Source of the DNA: Chiloscyllium plagiosum
Lineage: Eukaryota
Assembly: GCF_004010195.1 (NCBI RefSeq)
Contig: NC_057758.1
Coordinates: 4,904,702-4,968,701, forward strand
Reading direction: 5' to 3'
DNA: 64,000 nucleotides
The position numbers and the translations under genes were made by a program. How positions within the stretch are numbered: position 1 is the first letter of the stretch; every line of letters starts with the position of its first letter. The notes beneath the pieces were generated by a model. That model made no database searches and was not told the DNA's origin. It saw nothing but the letters and a program-made list of their open reading frames with translations. Below are positions 35,094-46,584 of the stretch, piece by piece.

Positions 35094-37690
35094 AAGAAAA
35101 GAACAAAGACAATTTACAGCCCAGGAACAGGCCCTTCGGCCCGCCAAGCCTGAGCTGATCCAAATGTACTGTCGAAACCTGTTGGTCAATTCCTAAAAAT
35201 CCGTATCCCTCTGTTCCCCACCTACTCATGTATTTGTCCAGATGCATCTTAAATGAATCTACTGTGTCTGCCTCTACCACCTCTGCTGGCAACGCATTCA
35301 AAACGCCCATCACCCTCTGTGTGAAGTACTTGCCGCTTGTATCCCCATTAAACTTTCTACCTCTCACCTTGAAAGAGTGTCCTCTCGTTATTGAATCATT
35401 CACCCTGGGAAAAGACTTTTCTCTATCTTCCTTGTCGATAATCTTCATGATTTTATTAACCTCAATCAGGCCCCCCCCTCAATTCCTGTTACTTTTCTCT
35501 ATCTTCCTTGTCTATAATCTTCATGATTTTATTAACCTCAATCAGGCCCCCCCTCAAATTCCTTTTTTCTGATGAAAATAAAACTAACCTACTCAACCTT
35601 TCTTCATAGCTAGCATCTTCCATACCAGTCAACATCCTCGTAAACATTCTCTGCACCCTCTTCAAAGCGTGCACATCCTTTTGGTAATGTGGTGACCAGA
35701 ACTGTACACAGTATACTAAATGTGGCTGAACCAATGTCTTGTACAATTTTAACATGACTTGCCAGCTCTTATACTCAATACCCTGTCCCACGAAGGCAAG
35801 CATACTATATGCCGTCTTGACCACTCGAGCCACCTGTGCAGCAACCTTCAGGGTACAATGGACCTGCACTACAAGATCTCTCTGGCCATCAACTTTTCCT
35901 AAGGCTCTTCCGTTCATTGTATAATTCGCTATAGAATTAGTCTTACCTCATATTTGTCTGGATTGAAAACCATTTTCCACATTTCCGTCCAACTTTCCAG
36001 CCTATCGATATCCTCCTGTATTCTCTGACAGTGCCTTATGCTTTCTACGACTCCACCAATCTTCGTGTCATCTGCAAACTTGCTGATCGTACCAATAATG
36101 ACCTCTTACAGATCATTTATGTATATTACAAAGAACAGTGGCCCCAACACTGACACCTGTGGAACACCACTGGTCACCTTTCTCCATTTCGAGAAACTCC
36201 CTTCAATTACTACTGTGTATCTCCTGTTGCTCAACCAATTCTTTATCCACCTAGCTAGAACACCCTGACCACCATGTGACTTCACTTTCTCCATTAGTCT
36301 ACCATGGGGAACCTTATCAAACGCCTTACAAATGTCCATGTATATGACATAAACAGCCCTTCCTTCATATATCAACTTGGTCACTTCCTCAAAGAATTCT
36401 CTACAGTTGGTAAGGCATGATCCCCCCGCACAAAACCATGTTGCCTATCACTGATAAGCACATTTTATTTTCTAAAGATAAATAGATCCGATCCCTCAGT
36501 ACCTTCTCCAGCAAATTTGCCACCATTTACAACAGGCTCACTGGTCTGTAGTTCTCCGGAATATCCCTAATACCCTTCCTGTGCAGGGGGACAACATAAG
36601 AAGCACTCCAGACCTCCGGCACCTGATCTGTATTTAATGATTCCTCAAAAATATCTGTCAGGGCCCCAGCTATTTCCTCTTGCCTCCCTCAGCAACCTGG
36701 GATAGATCCCATCTGGTCCTGGTGATTTGTCCACCTTTATAACCTCTAGCCGACACAACACGTCTTCCCTACTTATGTCAATTTGATCCAGACTAATCAA
36801 ACTTCTATCTCTAATATCAACATTCATCATGTTCCTCTCCTCAGTGAACACTGATGCAAAATAACCATTCAGAATCTCATCCATTCTCTCAGGTTCAACG
36901 TACAGCCTTCCATCGTTATCATTTACTGACGAATCCTTTCTCTAGTTAGCCAATTGCTTCTTATATGAGAATAAAATGTTTTGGGATTCTCCTTAAGTCT
37001 GCTCGCTCAAGCCAATTCATGACCCCTTGTAGCCCACTTGACTCGTCGGTTAAGACTTGTCCTACTATTCCGAAATTCTTCCAAGGCCCGTTCTGTTCTT
37101 AGCTGCTGAGACCTTATGTGTGCTTCTCTTTTCCTCTTGGGTAGTCGTACAATTTATCATGTCATCCACGGTTCACGAATCTTGCCCTTCCTATCCTTTA
37201 CTTTCAACGGGACAAGCCAGTCCTGCACTACCTTTATCCTCTCTTTGAAAGCCTCGCACATCTCAAGTGCGGATTTTCCTTCAAAGAGCTGTGTCAAATC
37301 CACATTTCCGAGCTCCTACCTAATTTTGATATACTTGGGCTTGGCCCAGTTTAGTACTCTTCCCTTAGGACTACACTCTTTTTATGAGGGGACACTCAAG
37401 GACTTTAGCTCCAGTACACCCCAGGTGTAGAACGCCCAATTTACAATAGTCCCAGGTTCGCCACAAACGGTGCCAATTTCCCAAAAATCTGAACCCAACA
37501 CTATTGCCCTATCTCTCAGCCCTTCGTTCATCTTTTCTGTTCTTTCATTTCCACTGTGCCCAACTATATCAGTGCACTGGCCTACCCAGAGACGACTGGC
37601 TGCCGAGGAAAGTCCTTTTTGAGGGAAATGTACCTTCCCAACAGACCACAGCTCCTCGCTCTCACTGCTCCTTCTGCTACTGAAAATGGA
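35094..37690 (-). mobile_element. Decayed CR1-B, copy 2
   Basis: ORFs 35489..35917 and 36106..36384 (KAFDKVPHGRL, SGVPQ). Confidence 0.9.
35415..35563 (+). repeat. 76-bp direct tandem duplication, specific to copy 2
   Basis: acttttctctatcttccttgtc..aatcaggccccccctcaa at 35415 and 35491; single copy in the paralogs at ~25312 and ~60940. Confidence 0.9.
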
Positions 37691-39104
37691 GGCTTTGAAT
37701 CGCGTAATGAGTCACTGAGTTCCTGAATCTACCCAAAACCCTCTTCACAATCGACACAAGTCAGGATGATAAGGGAATAATTCCCAACTGCATTGCTGGA
37801 TAAAAATTCAACAACACTCTGGGAATTCATCATCATAGAAGACAAACAGCCAACATCATTGGCATCACATTCACAAATATCCGCTACATCAACTTATAAC
37901 GCTAAAGAGCAATAATGTGTGCTCCCCGCAGGATGCACTACAGAAATTTTCAAAAGATACTTAGGCAACACCATCCAAACGAACAAGCATTTTCTTCGAG
38001 AAGGACATCTGTCAGTTGACTCCGATGCCACTCACCATCGTGACTTGACAATCTATTCGCCGTTTCTTCAGTGTGGCTGGATGAATGCTCGGATCACCTC
38101 CCTCACGGAATTGTGTATTTACCTACAGCATGTGGACTGGCAACGTTTCAAGAAGGCAGCTCACCAATATCTTCTTAATGGGCAGATTTAGATGAGCAAC
38201 AAATTATGCTCTCAGCCATTGACGTCTACATTCCACCAGAGCAGACATAAAAAATAGCGAGATGACTTGGAAAACAGACGCGAAAAGGAAGTTTCAGTTG
38301 TATTATATAATTTTGAAGCAGTGAATTCAATCGGGTATTAAACCAACAACATAATGATGACTCAGATCCCTGGTAAGTATTGTAGTGAATAAGAGACATT
38401 AAAGTTCTTTCTTCAACAGTGGAAGCAGTGGCACAGAAGAAGGGTCTCTGTATTGCAAACATTAAGCCTGATTCTGTTAACTGATGCTGCCGGAGGTGTT
38501 GTGTTTTCCCAGTACTTTATGTGTTTTTTATCTGATATATGCAGTTCTTCCGGTTTGTTTGCGTCTGTTGATTGGGCTGTGAGAAGGTCATCAATCATGA
38601 CAGCATAGATTGCTGGAGAAACTCAAGTTTGCAGTTCGGACAACTTATGTGGAGAGAAAGCGGAGTCAGAAGTTTGGGTCCAGTGAACCTTCATCTGAAC
38701 TCAGGAGACAAACAGTTCCTTGGACTCACCGATCAATGACAAGCTCAAGTGTCAATCGCAGATTCAACGGGAGTTTATTGGTATAAACGGCAGGTGTTTG
38801 GGATGACATACGTTTTAGCAAAAGAATGAGGAGTAAGTCAGTGAGCATTCCAGTTTCTGAAGATGCCGAATGCGTTGGGGTGGCGGAGTTGAAACGGAGG
38901 GAAAATGACAAATAAAGCCAAGAATTCCATTTTGCAGCAAAAGTCAAAGGGAAATGATGCAAAATCAGACTTGCTTTTCAGGAGAGAGATTTCGACTATT
39001 CAAGTACACATCATTGAAAGAAGATTTACTATTTGTGTGAGTGATTACAATGTCAAATTCCAAACTTCGATCCATACATTATTTTTATTTACAGCTGGGA
39101 TATG

Positions 39105-41990
39105 ATCATCTTTGATTGTGACAACACGTTATTACCCTTCTTGACCATTCTATCGACTTTCTTTGCCAACTTCAGGGTACAATGGAACTTAAAAACGAGA
39201 TCTCTCTGGATATCAGTTTTCCCCAAAGCCTTTCCATTTACTGTGTGGTTCGCTTTAAAATGGCTCTTCCAAAATGTTCCACCCTGCATTGCCCGGATTG
39301 AATTCCAACTGCCATTTCTCTGCCCAACACTACAATCTATCTATATTCTGCTGCATTCTCTGACATTTAAATTCACTATCTGCTAAACCAGCAATCTTTG
39401 TGTCATCTGTAAAATTGTTGATCAGACCACTTATATATTTATGTATATCACAAATAGCAATGGCCACAACACGAATCCCTGCGGCCCACCGCTGTTCACA
39501 GTTCGCCATTTTGAGTAACTCCCTTCCACTACTAATGTTTGTCTCCTGCGGTCCAGTCAGTTCTTTATCCATATAACTAGTACACCCAGGAGCCATGCGA
39601 CTTCACTTTCTCCGCTACCCGACCAAGGGGAATCCGATTAAACAACTCACTGAAATGCATGAATATGCTATCTACATATCTTTCCTCATCAATCAACTGT
39701 TTCACTTCGTCAAAGAATTCAAGTAAATTAATATGACATGAATTTCACTAGACAAAAAGAGATGCCGTTTACTGTTAAGCCAATTTTCTTGAAATCCTAA
39801 ATACATCCTCTGCCTCAGTAAATATTCCAGCATTTTCCCTGACAATAACTTGACCAGTCTATAATCGTCTTGATTATCCCTGCTATCCTTCTGAAACAGA
39901 GGGACGCCATCGTAATCCTCCGAAACTCCCGGACCTCATACATGTTTAAGGATGCTGGAAAGATATCTGTTAAGGTCCCAGCTATTTCCTATCTCGCTTC
40001 TCTCAGTAACCTGGGATCGAACCAATCAGGATCTGAGGACTTAGACACCTTAATGCCTTTTGCAAAAGCCAAAACTTCATTCCCACTAATGCCGATTGAT
40101 CTTGAGTAAACAAACATCTATCTTTAATCTCAACATCCGTAATACCCCTCTCCTTCGCGAATACCGATGCAAAGCATTCATAAAGATTCAGATTCTTCCT
40201 ATAACTGAGTGGGCGTAAAATTTGTTGTGTTACTCTCTTATTCCTCTCATACAAATAAAAAGCTTTGGAATTTTCCTTGATGCTGTTTTCTCAAGCTATT
40301 TCACGACCCTCTTTAGACCTCTTGACTCACCATTTCTGATTTGCCCTACTTTGCCGATATTATTCCAAAGCATCGCCTGTTTTCAGTCATCTAGACCTTA
40401 TGTTTGATTTCTTTATCCTCTTAGCTCGTCTCACAATTTCACCTGTTTCCGCCATTTGTTTTAGATTTCTAGTCCTAAATTTCACAGGTTCACGTATGTC
40501 CTGCACTCTACTCAATCTCTCTTTAAACATCAAATGTGGATTTACCCTGAAGCAGCTGCTCCCAATCCACATTCGCCAGCTCCTGCCGAGTTTTGCTGCA
40601 GTTGACCTTCCCCCAAAGTACCAGTCTTCCAATAGGACCACTCTCTTCTTTGTCCATGGTTCTTCTGGCCGCTACGGAATTGTGAGGAGTATTCTCAAAA
40701 TAATCCCCTTCTGAAGGTTCAATCAGTGGCCGGGCTCATTCCACAACACCAATTCCAGTAAGGCCCCATCCCGAGTTGTACTGTTTCCATATTGTTGTAT
40801 AAACTCTCCGAGATGATCCTTACAAATTTTGCTTCATCTAGACCTCTGACACGAAATGACTCTCAGTCAATATTAGGAAAATTAAAATCTCTCAATACCA
40901 CCACACTGTTGCTCCTACATCTTTCCATAATTTGTTTGTATATTTGCACCTCAATCTCACACACTCTGTTGGGACGCCTGTCATACAGTCCCACCATTGT
41001 TACCTCACACTTCGTATTTTTAAACTCTGTCCATATAGCCTGACTGCTCCAGTCCTACAAATGACGTCCTTCAGCATGGCTGTGATGTCCTCTCTGACTA
41101 GTAATGGAAGTCCGCCACTCATTTCAACTTCTTCTCTCTCCTGAATAAATCATCAATATCCTGGGATATCGAGATGCCATTCTTGCTCATCCCTCAACCA
41201 AGTATTACTAATAGCAATAGCATCATACTCCCAGGTACTAATCCAATCTCGAAATTCGTCTGCCTTGCACTTGCATTAAAACAAATGCCCACTTCAGGCC
41301 ACCAGTCCCTTTGCGTTCGTCATGTGCTCCAATTCTCCGCAGGCTTCATCCACCCAAATGGTCAGGTTGACTTTATTATCTCGTTCCTTACAGGTTTTAG
41401 TTAGTACTTATTTACTGTCCATTAATCTGATCATTCGGTTCCAATCCACCTGCCACATTAATTTAAACAAACCAAAACAGCATAAGCAAAAGCACCCAAA
41501 GGTCACTGGTTCCAGTCCTGGTGGCTGTCGCCCGTTCAAGTTGTAATAGGAGAAAGTGTGGTCTGCAGATGCTGGAGATCAGAGCTGAAGAAGGGCTTAT
41601 GCCCGAAACGTCGATTCTCCTGTTCCCTGGATGCTGCCTGACCTGCTGCGCTTTTCCAGCAACACATTTTCAGCCAAGTTGTAATAGCCCCACCTCCTTC
41701 AGAACCAGTCAAAATGTTCCAAAGGTCTGCTCCGTTCCCTCCTGCACCATTTGATCAGAGACTCATTCATCCTGCCTACACTTTAGTTTCTACTCTAACT
41801 GATATACTACCTGAACCATACTTTGTACTGAGTTATTCCATCGCTCCCGCTCAGTTCTTCGCACACAACGTCCCTGCTACTGCAAAATGGATGCCACTAA
41901 CTCTTCAGGTCAATCCTTTCAGAGGGAAATTTACCTTCCCAGCGGCCCCGATCGTCGCTCCCACTGCTCCCACTGTTGCTGAACATGGCG
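39105..41990 (-). mobile_element. Old CR1 LINE (CR1-C, copy 2), RT to 5' end
   Basis: NNFTDDTKIAG, CFASVFAKE, endonuclease remnants at ~40850-41290. Its 5' end resembles that of CR1-B (37620-37690). Confidence 0.8.
41550..41674. mobile_element. Young 125-bp non-coding PLE family 1 mini-element with 13-bp TSD and intact hammerhead core
   Basis: TSD caagttgtaatag at 41537-41549 and 41675-41687. The tail is on the minus strand (41550-~41585), joined to plus-strand CTGAAGA-A-GGGC-TTAT-GCCC-GAAAC-GTC (41585-41612). Confidence 0.9.
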
Positions 41991-43239
41991 GTTGGGAATC
42001 CTGCAATGACTGGCTGACCACCTGAATCACCCCAAAGCCAAGGCATAAATCAGGATTGTAATGTAATACACCCCAATTACCCTGTTTGATGCAAATTCAA
42101 AACTCTAGGAAATCAACACCACCCAAGGTAAATTGCCCACTTGATTGTCACCACATCCACAAACGTCCACTCCATCTACGAACAATGCTTATCAGCAATA
42201 ATACGTGCTACCTGCAGGATGCACTACGGCAATTCACAAAAGATTCTTATACAGCACCTTCCAAGCTCATAAACAAATTCTTCTAGAAGGGCAAAGTCAG
42301 CAGACACATCGGAACAACACCAACAGCAAATTCGATTCCATGACACTCACCATCATGGAGTTGGAAATAAATTGGCTGTTCCTTCAGTGTGGCTGGATCA
42401 ATGTCCTGGAATCGTCTCCCTCAGGAAATTGTGCATCTACCTACAACATGCGGACTTACAGGTTTTCAAGAAGGCAGCTCACTAATTTCTTCTTAAGGGC
42501 ACCATAATGATGACTCTGGTAATTATTGTACAAAATAAAACATCTTAAGGTTCTTTACTCAAAATTGCGAGAAGTGGCTTGGAAGAAGTGTCGTTCTATC
42601 TGAAACATTAAGTCGGGTTTTTGTACACTGATGTTGCCAGACCTGTTGTGTTCTTACAGTACTTGCTGCTTATGAATCTGATTTCCAAAAATTTGCGGTT
42701 CTTCCGGTTTTGTTTTGGTACTGTTCTTTGGTCTGTGAGAAGGCAATCAGTCAGGAGAGCAAAAATTGCTGTGAAAACTAAGCTGTGCAGGTCTGCCATC
42801 TTATGTGGAGAGAAAGGATATCAGAATTTATGGGTCCAGTTACCTTTCTTCTGAAATTAGGAGACAAACACATTCTGTTGCTCGGGGTTCAATGACAGGC
42901 TCAAGTCTCAGTCGCTGATTTCACATGGGATTTAACTGGCAAAACAGGCACGTTTTGGGATGACACACGTTTTGGCAAAAGAATGAGGAGTCAGTCAAGG
43001 GAGGAATCGAGTTTCAGAAGACGCCAATGTGGTTGGGACGGTGGGGTTGAAAAGAATGGCAAAAGACAAAAACGCCGAGAATTCCTTTTTGCAGGAAAAA
43101 TCAAGGTGAAATGAGACAATGTCAGACTTGTTTATCAGGAGAGAGATTTCGACCATTTAAGTACACATTATTGAAAGAAGAAGGACGCTTTGTTTGAATC
43201 ATTATAATGTCAAATTCCAATCTTCGATCCATGCATTAT

Positions 43240-43900
43240 TCTTATTCACTTGTGGGTTGGGAGCATCTTGGCTGTGACAGCACTTTATTGTGGATCTCGA
43301 TTTGACTCGGTGAGAAGGCTGTGGTGAGTCGCCTTCTTAAGTTGTTGCAGTCTGTGGGATGCACAAACGTTAATGCCGTTTACGATGGAATTCCAAAATT
43401 GTGACTCAATGACAGTGAAGGGTTTGCCAATATATTTCCAATCAGGACGGTGAATGGCTTGGAGGGGAACTTGCAGCTGGTGATGCTCCCATGTGTCTGT
43501 TGCTCTTGACCTTTTAGATGCAAGTGGCCAAGATATTGGAAGGTGCTGATTAACGACCTTTGTTGCATTTGTGGAGGGTATCTTATAAGTGCTAAACGTT
43601 GCTGCGTCGAGGCATCCATGTCTGAGGGAGTGAATGTCTGTGTCCGAGAGACAGAGACTGCAAAAACCAGGATATTAAGCATCAATAGTTAAATGCCTAA
43701 GTTTGCTGTAGCTTTTTTTTTTGATGAACCCAGCTTCAAGTCAAGACTACTTAGGCAGGATGTGGAGCTGGTCTGGAGGATCTTTGGTCAAGACGTCAGG
43801 GTCGTAATGTTATGGATCAGACGTACATGGTCACTTTTCAGGTGACGAGATTTGATCACGGTATTTAAGCTCATCTTGGTCTTTTTCGGATTTAAGTGAC
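43240..43900 (-). mobile_element. Old LINE (CR1/L2 group) 3'-end fragment; related fragments at ~1910-2090 (-) and ~28000-28500, 37760-38250, 42050-42500 (+)
   Basis: Shared terminal motif aagaaggcagctcacca..cttct or its reverse complement gagaaggctgtggtgagtcgccttctt. The family assignment is by recollection only. Confidence 0.45.
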
Positions 43901-44084
43901 AAGGGGAGAGGCCGGAAAGGTGGGATCATGATTTGATGTGGGAACTGAAAGCCTGTTGCTAGTGTCAATCTAAATCACACAGGAGCCCCGCAGTCAGCGG
44001 AGATCACAAAGTCAGATGAAACATCTAAACTACTCAATCTCTCTTTACTTGACAGCCCACTCATTCCCATATCGAGAGACTTAC

Positions 44085-44223
44085 CCAAGACACCAACAGC
44101 AGCAAGGAATGGATAGTAAGCGTGCTGAAACAGCAGAAGAATATACCGTATTCGATAGTAGACTGTCATCCAATGCTGATTTCGAATATAATAGGCGATT
44201 TGTGCAGGGAATCTTTTATTCAT
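44085..44223 (-). CDS. Exon 1 (N-terminus and start of TM1) of a GPR139-like class A GPCR
   Basis: ATG at 44223; MNKRFPAQIAYYIRNQHWMTVYYRIRYILLLFQHAYYPFLAAVGVL, then donor G|gtaagt at 44085/44084. The exon is 139 nt (phase 1), matching the phase of the acceptor at 18589 and giving AAVGVLVNVLAVSILSR. Confidence 0.85.
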
Positions 44224-44409
44224 ATTTGTGTAATTTCAGTCTGCTGACTCTAGGTTCAGTTCCATTGTTGTAATATTCCAGTGTGTCCTTCTCAGATTTC
44301 GATCACTCGTCTCCCTCATTTTTACTGAGGCTGATCGCTCTGCAAGCCACAGCTAAGGGCGCTCTGTGATACCATGAGATGACACTTTGGAGTGTTGCCC
44401 TTATGAAGC

Positions 44410-44682
44410 GAAAAGGGGAAATCTCCACTGATACAAGAAGGATCCCTGGAGATTGACATAACTGGTCGTCTCTGAACAAATCATTGCTGCTGGCGTCTCT
44501 CATTGCAACATGCCTTCGCCTCAGAAAATCACAAAAACAATTTTTTTCATTGAAAAGAGGAAATCTCCACTGATTCGACGAGGATCCCTGAAACCTTACA
44601 TCATTTGTCGTCTATGAACATATAATTTCTACTGACGTCTCTCAGAGCAACACACCTTGGCCTCAGAAAATAACAAAACATT
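44410..44682 (+). repeat. Diverged 142-bp tandem duplication just upstream of GPCR exon 1
   Basis: gaaatctccactgat..aggatccctg..gtcgtct.tgaaca..cgtctctca..gcaaca..gcctcagaaaat at 44418 and 44560. Confidence 0.85.
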
Positions 44683-46584
44683 AACTTTCCCAGAGATATC
44701 GAGAAAACATGACTTCACAAAATAGATAAACAAACAGCAAAACCTTTCAAGTTTATAATTCCGAGCTTTCTTGATTGATTTGTTTGAGAAGCGGTTATTG
44801 AAAAAGTGCACTTCTTAATAAGATAATGGCAATCATAAAACATCTTAGTGTGGGCCTCTCAGAGCAATATCAGAAAGAGTGTGCAGAGAGGCACAGGACC
44901 TTATGACTATAATCCAAACATATTCTTCCAATTTGCCGAAAACATGGAGTCAGAGCTCGCTAGTCACAAATATGTCAAATCTAGACACTGTCTTCAAATT
45001 TTGTGAGAGTAACTGCATCCACCACCGTCTCTGCTAGCACATTACACATTCCAGGTGAAAGGAATTTCTCAGATTTCCGCGAAATCTCTTGCTCATTTAC
45101 CTTTAACTGATGTTCTCTGGTCTGAGACAGATCTGCCATGGTTTAATAATACTGTATCTGTTACGTATCGTTCAGAATGTAGCAGAGAGGACTGATGAAT
45201 CTCACAGCTGAAGGAAGAATAATAAAGTTACCAAAAAATGTGGCGAGAAGTGCACAGCAAAATGGAGTGCTTTAGAGTGAAAGGACAATATCACCAATGA
45301 TATGATTTATGTGACTGGAACGCTTTTCAGTGAATACACTTTGACAGGCTGCAGTGCGGCTGATTTGATGTGGGCAGATTTTTGCCAACTGGTCTGGAGA
45401 GTAGACCCAGAGTGAAAATTGGAAGAGAAACTACAGGACGTACTGAATGATTTCAGGAGTGATAACCCCACCTCAGGAAACTGAAAGATATTGATCACTC
45501 ATAGTTAGGCGTACGAGAGGAAATAACATGGAAAGTAAACATAATGTGCCTGCACGTGAATTCCATGTAAATGTTAAACTGTGCTGGCAAGATACAGTGG
45601 CAGATTTCATTCCACCTGTCCACAGGAGAAAACAAAAATAATGCTGCGGGAGCTTCGAAGTCGGGGTTTCAGTTAGAGCATTACTGCGTGTGTCATTTTG
45701 CTGGTTATAAAATATTCAGGAAACATAAGAAAATAGATTAAGGTAAACGCCGCATGCTTGTGGGGCAGAGAGCGTCGCGGGTGACCCACAAAGCGAAGAG
45801 ATTGTGACCATGTGTCAGTATAGGTCATTGCGGGGAACTGAGACACAGTTTACGATACCAATACCTTTCCATTTCTCTGTTAAAATAATCTGTTCACCTC
45901 CATCTTGGAAAATCTTTCATGTGCAACCTCGACCATCTTCGGAATGCACTGAGTTCCAGAGTCACACAAAAGATTCCTCAGAGAGAGAGGGAAAATTTTC
46001 GTCTCCGAATTGAAAGGGCGGCATCTTATCCCGATCCTCAGCCACTGCAAATCCGTTTACCTCTCATTCCAGACGGACACACAACAGGAGACGTGTCTCC
46101 CCATGTCTGCTTTGACCAGACATTTCAGTATCAGACACTCATCAATATGGTCACTCCCTTGCCCCACACCCCACTTCTCAAAACTCCAGTGGGAGCAAGA
46201 CCAATCAATCCAACCTTATCTCGTCATTCCAGGGAATCAACCAATGATTCCTCCTTCTTAATCAGTTTTAACAAATTTACATCGATCTTTCAGTAAGGAG
46301 CCCAGAACCGCACACCATACTCCAGATGAGAAAACTCCAGCACCCTCTGCAACGAACCCTGTATAACAGAAATATCACATTTAGGTTCACTCTGTCTTGT
46401 CATAAAAGCCAACACCACATTCGCCTCCTACATTATCTTCTGTTTGTATAGAAGAACGACTTGGGACTCATGCACCTGAAGATGTAAATCACTCTCTTTT
46501 TCGACTTTAGTGTCATAAAATAATGAAGATCTACGGCACAGAAAGAGACTCTTTGGTCCAAGTCGTCCATACTGACCAGATATC

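Larger units (their letters stand above)
30679..39901 (+). repeat. Segmental duplication block, copy 2
   Basis: Colinear with copy 1 at an offset of ~9.77 kb. Copy-specific deletions at ~31472 (~300 bp) and ~37385 (~430 bp). Confidence 0.95.

Noticed and set aside
20729..39901. Copies 1 and 2 as uncollapsed haplotypes of one locus
   Set aside because: There are three copies with many substitutions and private indels or insertions. Paralogy is more parsimonious, though read depth was not available to confirm it.
43975..44084. C-terminal part of ORF 43975..44223
   Set aside because: This is read-through into the intron past the G|gtaagt donor.
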